A DNA stretch of 27,212 bases. Origin: Candidatus Hydrogenedentota bacterium. Lineage in GTDB: Bacteria > Hydrogenedentota > Hydrogenedentia > Hydrogenedentales > SLHB01. This document shows positions 1 through 7,246 of this stretch, piece after piece (position 1 is the first letter of the stretch; every line of letters begins with the position of its first letter). The notes under the pieces were generated by a model. The model saw nothing but the letters and a program-made list of their open reading frames with translations, had not been told where the DNA came from and searched no databases. Where the stretch lies: positions 1 to 27,212 of the forward strand of contig JAWXCN010000255.1 of NCBI GenBank assembly GCA_034408725.1. Direction: 5' to 3'. The position numbers and the translations under genes are program-made.

Positions 1-1469
1 ACACGGCGGTTCCCGCCATGCCGCCGGCCCTCGCTGATTTATTGCGCCGCTGTTTCAACGACTCGGCCGCGCGCCGCCCTGGCAGCATGGCCGAGGTCAT
101 CTCCGAATTGCTCCGCACCTACCAATCCGCCATTGGCGCGCCGTATCCGCGCACCGCGCCAGAAGTGATCGAAACGTCCACGGGCAGGATCAACAATCGC
201 GCGGTATCGCTGATGGACCTTGGCAAACGCGACGAAGCTATCAAGCTATGGGAACGCGCGATTCGTTACGAACCCGGCCATCCCGAATCCACGTATAACC
301 TCGCGCTCACGAATTGGCGGCGTGGCGGCACAACGGACCAATCCATCATGCGCCTGCTGCGCGACATGTGCCGCGCACGGCCTTCCGATTGGAACTCGAT
401 CTACATGTTTGCGCAAGTTCGCCTTGAACGCGGCGACTACGAGGGCGCGCTAAAGATGCTCCGGCTGATCAAAGGCAGCGCGCTCGATGGCCACGAAGTC
501 CGCACCGCATGGATCGAAGCGGAGAACGGCATAGACCGTTCGCGAAGGCTCGTGCGCGAGTTCGGGATCGATATCGAACATGTCTCCTCGCTATGTCTCA
601 GTGGCGATGCACAACTCGCGCTCACGGCGTCTGCTCCTGAAACCGGTGACGGCATCATCGTGATCTGGGATGCAACGACCGGCGACCGGCGCATGGAACT
701 TCACGGGCACACAGGTGGAGTGCGCAAGGTAACGCTCAGCGCCGACGGCATCCATGCGCTATCGGCCGGCACGGACGGCACGGCGCGGCTGTGGCAAGTG
801 GCCACGGGCGACTGTGATCTCGTGCTCCGCGGCCATGAAGGCCCCGTCAACACAGTGTTATTCACCGACGATGGCCGAGGCATATTCACCGGCGGCGCGG
901 ACGCAACCGTGCGCTTGTGGGACCGCGCCACCGGCGAGCAGCGCATGTGCTTCAAAGGGCATAAGGCAGAAGTGAAAGCACTGTGCCACGGCAGCCACGG
1001 CGCGTCGTTTTTAAGCACCGCGGCGGACAATGCGCTTATCCACTGGGACCTGAAAACCGGTGCGCAGTTTGGCGCGATCCACAGTTTTGAGTCGCCACTG
1101 CTGTCAGTCGATGTCAGCAACGACCGCCGCTATCTGTTGGCCGGTAGCGCGGACGGCTATCTCGAGTATCTCGACCTCACCACGGGAAAGCGGCTGGGCC
1201 GGAGGCGCGGCCACAGCGAACCCGTCACCGCGGTCAGCATCAGCAAACGCGGCCAGTTCGCGCTAACGGGTGGCCACAGCGGAAAAGTGCGCCTCTGGGA
1301 AACCGCCGGGCATCGCTGCCTGTTCACGTACAAGGCCTACGCCCCGATCGCGGTGAGCGCCGACGGCCTGATGGCCCTTACCATCGGCGAGAAGGGTGGG
1401 TTGAGGCTCTGGTACATCGGTTTCGAAACGCCAATCCACCCCGCGCCGCTGATGGTGTGCCGGGCGTAA
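1..1469 (+). CDS. 5'-truncated probable Ser/Thr protein kinase with TPR and WD40 beta-propeller domains
   Basis: The frame is open from the window edge. The first residues (PPALADLLRRCFNDSAARRPGSMAEV) resemble Hanks kinase subdomain XI (L..CL..DP..RP). TPR-like helices follow (NNRAVSLMDLGKRDEAIKLWERAI..YNLAL), then about 7 GH...WD repeats (GHTGGV..RLW, GHEGPV..RLWD, GHKAEV..HWD, GHSEPV..RLWE). The kinase core lies outside the window. Confidence 0.8.
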   Translation, partial: TAVPAMPPALADLLRRCFNDSAARRPGSMAEVISELLRTYQSAIGAPYPRTAPEVIETSTGRINNRAVSLMDLGKRDEAIKLWERAIRYEPGHPESTYNLALTNWRRGGTTDQSIMRLLRDMCRARPSDWNSIYMFAQVRLERGDYEGALKMLRLIKGSALDGHEVRTAWIEAENGIDRSRRLVREFGIDIEHVSSLCLSGDAQLALTASAPETGDGIIVIWDATTGDRRMELHGHTGGVRKVTLSADGIHALSAGTDGTARLWQVATGDCDLVLRGHEGPVNTVLFTDDGRGIFTGGADATVRLWDRATGEQRMCFKGHKAEVKALCHGSHGASFLSTAADNALIHWDLKTGAQFGAIHSFESPLLSVDVSNDRRYLLAGSADGYLEYLDLTTGKRLGRRRGHSEPVTAVSISKRGQFALTGGHSGKVRLWETAGHRCLFTYKAYAPIAVSADGLMALTIGEKGGLRLWYIGFETPIHPAPLMVCRA

Positions 1470-1477
1470 GCATGTAG

Positions 1478-1558
1478 ATCGTAACAACCCCGGTGCGAAA
1501 ACCAATTTCCGCCCGGAAAGTCACCGGGAACGAAATCAGGCAGTACAAGGAATCCTAA
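1478..1558 (+). pseudogene. Remnant of a BrnT-family toxin (C-terminal end only)
   Basis: 1505-1558 translates ISARKVTGNEIRQYKES*, matching the BrnT C-terminal motif (IISARKAT..E...Y). It stops 4 nt before the antitoxin ATG. An in-frame TAG lies at 1475-1477, and there is no room for the rest of the gene after the upstream stop at 1469. Confidence 0.7.
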
Positions 1559-1562
1559 AATC

Positions 1563-1766
1563 ATGAAAAACGAATGCGACCTTTCAAAGGGTGAGCGTGG
1601 TAAATTCTATCGTGAGAACGCCCGTCTCGTCATCCCCATTTACCTTAATGAAGAGTTGCAGTCACGGCTGGAGCTCATCGCTGTGCGAAAAGGAGTCGAG
1701 ATCGATGAGGTCGTTACCGAGTTGCTTGAGCGGGACGTGAAGTTGCTCCACGATTTTGGTGCGTAG
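1563..1766 (+). CDS. BrnA-like/CopG-type antitoxin, 67 aa
   Basis: The N-terminus MKNECDLSKGERGKFY resembles the MK.EYDFSKG.RGKF motif of BrnT-partner antitoxins. The C-terminal part is ribbon-helix-helix-like (IPIYLNEEL...IDEVVTELL). Confidence 0.75.
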   Translation: MKNECDLSKGERGKFYRENARLVIPIYLNEELQSRLELIAVRKGVEIDEVVTELLERDVKLLHDFGA

Positions 1767-2002
1767 CGCGAGCCGTCCTGATTCCCGCATTCCGCATTTA
1801 GCGGGCGTCAAAGTGAGCTGGTGCGGAATCTCTTTCGGCACGGCGTGCCAATCGCTCTATTTGCGAAGCGAATCATACTTGCTTTCCTAAAGTACGAATA
1901 CTGCTGCCATCTTGTTGACTAATTCCTCAAATCGTCCTACTGTAATCTTTCGTGTGTGGAATTGATGGATCGGTGCGTGTACGTGAAATCTGGGGTGCGG
2001 TT

Positions 2003-4093
2003 ATGCGGCAGCTTGTTCGATGCGTTGGTATATTCACTGTGTTCAGCGTAGCCGTGCTCGGTGACAATCCGACGAGTCTCGTGTGGAGCACGTTCCTTGG
2101 CGGCAACACGGAAGAAATCAATCAGGACCTCGTCGCCGATGCAAACGGCGATATCTATGTTTGTGGCACGACGCGATCCTCGGATTTTCCAACAACTTCC
2201 GGGGCGTACGATCAATCATTTAACGGTGGCACAGCGACCGAGTACGGCGGTGACACATGGGTTGCCAAACTCGACGGCGTGACCGGGCAACTGGAATACT
2301 CGACGTTTATCGGCGGACCCGACGACGAGGAACCCGACACGATTTACGTGAACGCGGCGGGCGAAGTCATAGTGCTCGGCTTGACGGCATCGCCGAACTT
2401 TCCCACGACGGTCGGCGCGTATGATCGAATCCACAATGGCGGCAAAGACATCTATCTTTTGAAACTAAGCGCGGACGGCAGCACGCTATTGTGGTCAACT
2501 TTTCTCGGCGGCAGTGGAAACGAGGAAGCCTGGGAGAAGACGCGCCTGGGTCTTGACGCGAGCGGTAACATTTACGTCACCGGCCTGACCGAGTCTGATG
2601 ATTTTCCGGCTACACCCGGCGCGTACGACGAAACACACAACGGGCCCTCGGGAGCGGGCAATGCGTCGCGCGACGTGTTTGTCGCGAAGTTTTCCTCCGA
2701 CGGGTCTACGCTTGAATACGCGACCTACATTGGCGGGTCGGATCGTGACCAGGGAAAATCCATTCACGCGAACGCCGACGGCGAAGTATATCTCGCGGGT
2801 TTTACGTACTCCGGCGATTTCCCAACCACGGCGGGCGCGTACAATGAATCGTTCAACGGCGCGCGGGACATATTCGCGTTGAAGCTGAATGCGGCGGGCA
2901 GCAGCCTTGTGTATTCGACGTACATCGGCGGCACGGGCACGGATTGGGCCTGGGACATGGTGGTCGATCCGAGCGGCGAGGTCTACGTCACGGGCAATAC
3001 GCAGAGCGACGACTATCCGACGACGCCGGGCGCATACCAGACGACGCGCGTTGGTAGTGCCGCCGTGGTCACGCAATTAAACGCGACTGGAAGCGGGATC
3101 GTCGCGTCGACTCTGCTGGGCGGCACTGTCGGCGATGGCTCGATGATCGCCCTCAGCCTTGATCGCGACGCGGACGGCAACATCTGGATCGCCGGAGAAA
3201 CCGGCACAACGGATTTGCCGACGACGCCGCTCGCGTTGTACTCCTCGTATGGTGGTGGAACGCGCGACGCATGGTTGGCGCAATTCGATTCCAGCCTGGG
3301 CAGTCTCAAATATTGTTCCTACGTCGGCGGGACGGGCCGTGAACCGGAGGGGCATGTCGCAGTGGACGCGCTCGGCCATGTCCTGCTCGGCGGACGCACG
3401 CTTTCCAGCGACTTCGTGACTACGGTCAATGCGCCCGATCAGATTTTCGAAGGCGACGGAATCGATACTGGCGAGTCGTATGTTGTAAAAATTTTCCCGG
3501 GAACGATTCAGGCGCATTATCTCGCGCTGTTTGAAGCCGAGATGCAGGCGCTGTACGGCAGCATCAGCCAGGATTATCAGACCGCCGACCTCGACGCCGA
3601 CGGCTTGCCCGACCTGTTTCAGGCGGGATTGGTGGCGTATGTGCTGAGCGTGCAAACGCATCCATACTCAAACCTGGTGCGCGACGCATACGAGAACGCT
3701 ATCGCGACTTTGCAGGCTGAATCGAACTATGACGCGCAGTTGCAGCCGTACCACCATGCGCTGGCCGCGCTGATCGTGAGTTCGCAAGCCATGGCGGATT
3801 TCTGGAAGACCCAGTTCGCGCTGCTTGGCACATACTCGTCGTTTGTGATTACCAAGACCGCGGATGAACCCTTCTCGGGTCAGGGCGATTTGGATGGCGA
3901 CGGCGTCACCAACGGTGAAGAATTCCAAAACAACGAAGACATCGGCGGCACGCTCGAAAACTTCCTGAACGCGGCGGTAAACCCCAATCTGGACGGCAAG
4001 GCATTACCCGCATTTGGCGCCTGGGGCATTGTTATCTGCGTTGCACTGATGGCCTGGGTTTTGCGCCTGCGCCTTGGAGTGCGGCAGCGGTAG
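2003..4093 (+). CDS. Secreted SBBP (beta-propeller) repeat protein with Ca-binding DxDxDG motifs and a C-terminal sorting/anchor tail, 696 aa
   Basis: ATG 2003 follows GGGGTG and gives a signal-peptide-like N-terminus. It has repeated LxYSTyiGG...D..G..YVtG.T.S.DFPTT.GAYD...G..D.F..K units, plus DLDADGLPD and DLDGDGVTNGEE motifs. The tail is LPAFGAWG, a hydrophobic stretch, then an Arg-rich end. Confidence 0.85.
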   Translation: MRQLVRCVGIFTVFSVAVLGDNPTSLVWSTFLGGNTEEINQDLVADANGDIYVCGTTRSSDFPTTSGAYDQSFNGGTATEYGGDTWVAKLDGVTGQLEYSTFIGGPDDEEPDTIYVNAAGEVIVLGLTASPNFPTTVGAYDRIHNGGKDIYLLKLSADGSTLLWSTFLGGSGNEEAWEKTRLGLDASGNIYVTGLTESDDFPATPGAYDETHNGPSGAGNASRDVFVAKFSSDGSTLEYATYIGGSDRDQGKSIHANADGEVYLAGFTYSGDFPTTAGAYNESFNGARDIFALKLNAAGSSLVYSTYIGGTGTDWAWDMVVDPSGEVYVTGNTQSDDYPTTPGAYQTTRVGSAAVVTQLNATGSGIVASTLLGGTVGDGSMIALSLDRDADGNIWIAGETGTTDLPTTPLALYSSYGGGTRDAWLAQFDSSLGSLKYCSYVGGTGREPEGHVAVDALGHVLLGGRTLSSDFVTTVNAPDQIFEGDGIDTGESYVVKIFPGTIQAHYLALFEAEMQALYGSISQDYQTADLDADGLPDLFQAGLVAYVLSVQTHPYSNLVRDAYENAIATLQAESNYDAQLQPYHHALAALIVSSQAMADFWKTQFALLGTYSSFVITKTADEPFSGQGDLDGDGVTNGEEFQNNEDIGGTLENFLNAAVNPNLDGKALPAFGAWGIVICVALMAWVLRLRLGVRQR

Positions 4094-4208
4094 CTGCCGC
4101 TTTTACTCCAAGAAATCAACAGCGCCAAGCAACCGCTCAGGACCACTTGCAATCCGAAGCGAAAGCGGTAGCTGCGTCCGAAACGGACTCCGCTACCGCA
4201 GTCCAAAA
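4073..4208. repeat. REP/REPIN-like inverted pair, family A, copy 1; probable bidirectional terminator
   Basis: The left arm is TTGGAGTGCGGCAGC-GGTA-GCTGCCGC-TTT (4074-4103). The right arm, inverted (4162-4206), reads TTGGACTGCGGTAGC...GCTACCGC-TTT on the minus strand. Each arm is a hairpin followed by a T-run, and the pair lies between convergent genes. Confidence 0.8.
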
Positions 4209-4209
4209 T

Positions 4210-5205
4210 TTATTTTGTCGCGAATTCCAATAGCTCGTCAAACGTCACGTCGAGAACTTCCTTGGTCTCTGGGTCCATTGGATCGAAATGGCGGACTTCC
4301 TTTCCGTCGCGGATGAAGTAGAACCGCGGTGGGGCCGAACCGATCAACTCCATGAAATGAAGCACGTCTATCGTTTGCGTGGGAAACGCGGGGCCCGTGC
4401 TCGCCATGAATCGCTTCACTTCGTCTTCATTGCCCATGAGCAGCCCCGTAATCTGAGGCACGTCCGGGGTGACCGCCAGTTCGTTGAGCACCGCGACGGA
4501 ATCCTTGCAATGGTCGCAACTGGCGCTCAGCATCGCGACGAGAAATTCTCCTTCGGCCAAGGCAAAAACTATACCGTCCTGTTCGGGCGCAAACTCCGCG
4601 AATGGGCTTGGCGCCGTATTATCCGGTTGATTGCCGGGCGGCGGCGGCGCGGGAACCGCATTGATGGTTTCCGGCGATTTTCCAAATGCGAATGCAAGCC
4701 CCACCACGACGAGTCCGGCTATTGCCCATAGTGGATGCGAGTGCCGCGCCGGCGCGCGCTCAAGTGCCGCGGCGTCCGTCGCGGCAGGCGATTCGATTCG
4801 TTGGCCCGACAGGCCCCACCATGCGAGAAAAGTAATCACCAGCAGCACGATGTTTTTGGCAATCGACGAAGCGGGCCCCATTTTCACGTACGCGCCGAAA
4901 CATCCGCAGTCGGTGAGGCCGTGAAACGCCCAGGCGTATGCGATGAGCCCGCTAAACGCGAGCAACAACACGGTTGTAGCGAGAAAGGTGAATCCGCGAA
5001 ACCGGAACCCCCCCAATAGCGCCGCGCCCAGCAGCGCCTCCAGCGCAATCATCGAATACGCAACAAGCTGCACGAGCATGCGGTCCCGCACGACGTTGTA
5101 GTACGAAACCTGCACCGCCAAACTCAATACATCGAGCTCCTTCAGCGCGGCCGAAATGATGAACAGGATACCAAGCGCTATTTCGAGATACCGTGCAAAA
5201 CGCAT
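4210..5205 (-). CDS. MauE/DoxX-family membrane protein fused to a thioredoxin-like CxxC domain, 331 aa
   Basis: N-terminal TM helices with LGILFIISAALK, E..LG..LL and the MauE motif DCGCFG..KN. The C-terminal domain has SASCDHC and a PP motif (SAPPRFYFIRDG). Confidence 0.8.
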   Translation of the reverse strand: MRFARYLEIALGILFIISAALKELDVLSLAVQVSYYNVVRDRMLVQLVAYSMIALEALLGAALLGGFRFRGFTFLATTVLLLAFSGLIAYAWAFHGLTDCGCFGAYVKMGPASSIAKNIVLLVITFLAWWGLSGQRIESPAATDAAALERAPARHSHPLWAIAGLVVVGLAFAFGKSPETINAVPAPPPPGNQPDNTAPSPFAEFAPEQDGIVFALAEGEFLVAMLSASCDHCKDSVAVLNELAVTPDVPQITGLLMGNEDEVKRFMASTGPAFPTQTIDVLHFMELIGSAPPRFYFIRDGKEVRHFDPMDPETKEVLDVTFDELLEFATK

Positions 5206-5229
5206 GTCACATTGTGCTCCACCGCGCGA

Positions 5230-5958
5230 TCACGTCGCCGGTATCGCGGCCGTTCCAGTTTCAATGAAAGACGCAAACATGTGTTCGATTTCCGCCAGTC
5301 CCTCATCGATTGAGTATGGTAGGGCGTGCGCAAACAGATCGAGGATAACAATCGCGTTGAGATGGGCGTCGCCCGCGGGAATGGCGCGCAACCGATCTGA
5401 CAGGCCTCTATTTACATCGTGAATGAGATCATAGGTCTCGCGAAGCCCTTTGAGCTGCATGTCGGGCGTGTGTCCTCGTTGCGCCAAAAAGTATTGCGCG
5501 ACGAGATACGCGCCAACCGAGCGGAACATGGTTTCTTCGCGCGTGGCCAGAGGCAGGTGAAACCTCGCCATCGGTTTGAACCGCGCCAGAATCGGGCAGC
5601 CGCTCGTGGCCATGCAAAGTCCCACGAGCGAACTCAGCGCGCGTTGCACCGTGGTCTTCGATGTAACGGTCCGCTCCCGCGTAACAACGGTGACATCAAC
5701 TTCTGTATAGGACAACAACACCCCAAACTCATTAAGAATATCCACGAAAGAAAGCGCGGCAGGGCAATTCGGATGGTCTTCGGGTTTAAGCGGGCACACC
5801 TTGCACTGATGCACTTCGAGCGCCGCCCATTCCGGCGCGGGCGAACCCGTCCGGCGCTGTTGCAGCAGCGTAGCGGCGTCTAGCACGACACTCAACGCAG
5901 CCTCGCGCTTGTCGCCGTCCGCGCAGCGGAATTGATAGCCGATTTCAATAGTGCTCAT
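5230..5958 (-). CDS. DUF6901-like Cys-rich hypothetical protein, 242 aa
   Basis: Motifs PEWAALEVHQCKVCPL..HPNCP, QRALSSLVGL.MATSGCP and FKPMARFHLP, as I recall them for this family. ATG 5958 was chosen because the longer ORF runs through a REP repeat. Confidence 0.7.
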   Translation of the reverse strand: MSTIEIGYQFRCADGDKREAALSVVLDAATLLQQRRTGSPAPEWAALEVHQCKVCPLKPEDHPNCPAALSFVDILNEFGVLLSYTEVDVTVVTRERTVTSKTTVQRALSSLVGLCMATSGCPILARFKPMARFHLPLATREETMFRSVGAYLVAQYFLAQRGHTPDMQLKGLRETYDLIHDVNRGLSDRLRAIPAGDAHLNAIVILDLFAHALPYSIDEGLAEIEHMFASFIETGTAAIPAT

Positions 5959-6022
5959 TTTTGTTTCGCCGCCTATCGCATCATAATTGCGATTCGGGCG
6001 CATGGATGTCCAATAGAAAACA

Positions 6023-6094
6023 GGAGGGCGGGTTTTCCAACCCGCGAATTTCTTGATAGGACAAATCAATGGCGGGTTAGAAAACCCGCCCTCC
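6023..6094. repeat. REP doublet (REPIN-like), family B
   Basis: GGAGGGCGGGTTTTCCAACCCGC (6023-6045) and its inverted copy at 6072-6094 match at 22/23 nt. Each copy is a GGAG tetranucleotide followed by an imperfect palindrome (GCGGGTT-N4-AACCCGC). Confidence 0.8.
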
Positions 6095-6131
6095 GAAGGC
6101 CGACTTGTCCAAGGCGCCCGAAATTCTGCGC

Positions 6132-6635
6132 CTACAACTCCGGGCGAAGCGAATCAAACACCCGTTCCTCGCCGCCGCGATACAGGAGATGTTCGTCTAT
6201 CGTCAGGGTTTCTTCCGCGGAGAGCGGCAGGAACGAACCCTCCGCGCTCGCATATTTTTGGCCGTGCCGATCCACGATTTCCGCCCGTCCATACGCAATG
6301 CGCCGATTCGACCGGAGAATCTCCGCGCAGACAATCGTTTCACGGTCGCCGGGCACGGGCCGCAGGTAACGGACGGTTAATTCCGCCGTGACAGTCATGC
6401 GCGCGAGTGCCCGGTTCGCCGCCCAGGCCATAGTTTCATCCAGCAGCGCCGCGACGATCCCGCCATGGACCACGTTATTGTACCCGCAATGGTGTTCCTT
6501 CGGGCGAAAAAGCGTCTTTACGCGGCCATCCTCAACAAAAAACCGTAGTTGCAGCCCGGCAAAATTTTCTTCCCCGCAGACGAAGCACGTGCGCGAGTTG
6601 GGAAGGTATACGCGCGGGGTTTCGCCGGAAGCCAT
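6132..6635 (-). CDS. PaaI-family (hotdog fold) thioesterase, 167 aa
   Basis: CFVCGEENFAGL..F, then HCGY..VVHGGIVAALLDE and TAELTVRYLRPVP. Confidence 0.9.
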   Translation of the reverse strand: MASGETPRVYLPNSRTCFVCGEENFAGLQLRFFVEDGRVKTLFRPKEHHCGYNNVVHGGIVAALLDETMAWAANRALARMTVTAELTVRYLRPVPGDRETIVCAEILRSNRRIAYGRAEIVDRHGQKYASAEGSFLPLSAEETLTIDEHLLYRGGEERVFDSLRPEL

Positions 6636-6809
6636 TTGTAAATCCCTTCATGTCATGGAATGCGGATAGTTTGCACGGTTGTTGAAAAGAGAGTCAACGT
6701 AATCGGGCCACGCCGCCATTTCGCGCGCAACCTGTCCAATTGTTTAGGATGAAGGTATCGACTCATGCTAAGCAGTACAAGGCATATCGAAACATGGAGA
6801 GAGCAACTC

Positions 6810-7199
6810 ATGACCGAACCCGTGAACCCCGAGATTCGCGAACGGACGTTTCTGTATTCGTTGCGCGCCGTGCGGCTGTATGAATTCATCTGCAAAGAAG
6901 GCAAAAGCGCCTCGAGCGTTATCCTGGCGGAGCAGTTCCTGCGCTGCGCGACTTCCCTCGGAGCGGCGGTGGACGAGGCGCAGCACACGGAGTCGCGCGT
7001 GGAATACGCCGACAAGATCGCCGACGCGCAGCACGACGCGCGGGAATCCCTGTATTGGCTGCGCCTCATGAAGGAAACCGAAACGGTCCCCGCGAAACGT
7101 ATCTTCCCCATCGAACACGAGACGCGCGAGATTATCGCGCTTCTGAGCAAAGCCACGGGAGGCGCCCGAATCCGGACCGTCCGGCGGGCGGCGAAATAG
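6810..7199 (+). CDS. Four-helix-bundle protein (23S rRNA IVS/Avd-like family), 129 aa
   Basis: QFLRCATSLGA...EAQ..ES......K...A....RESLYWLRL matches the family pattern Q..RS.TS.GAN..EA...S..F..K..IA..E..E..YWL. ATG 6810 is preceded by GGAGAG. Confidence 0.8.
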   Translation: MTEPVNPEIRERTFLYSLRAVRLYEFICKEGKSASSVILAEQFLRCATSLGAAVDEAQHTESRVEYADKIADAQHDARESLYWLRLMKETETVPAKRIFPIEHETREIIALLSKATGGARIRTVRRAAK

Positions 7200-7212
7200 C
7201 CGCGTGGCGCTT

Positions 7213-7241
7213 TTCGCACATCAGGTATAAACGCATATAAT
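7213..7241 (+). promoter_or_regulatory. Putative sigma70 promoter, probably giving a leaderless YihY mRNA
   Basis: TTCGCA (7213-7218), 17-nt spacer, TATAAT (7236-7241), then only CCCCC before ATG 7247. No SD is present. Confidence 0.6.
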
Positions 7242-7246
7242 CCCCC

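Noticed and set aside
1837..1849. Sigma54 promoter at the GGCACG-G-CGTGCC palindrome
   Set aside because: The GG to GC spacing is 8 nt rather than 10 on both strands. It might be an operator, but nothing else supports that.
2080..3500. Internal DNA repeats as a CRISPR array or tandem repeat
   Set aside because: They are degenerate coding repeats of the SBBP propeller, with no identical repeats separated by unique spacers.
6810..7199. Diversity-generating retroelement, because the protein is Avd-like
   Set aside because: No reverse transcriptase, and no template/variable repeat pair with A-specific mismatches, was seen in the window.
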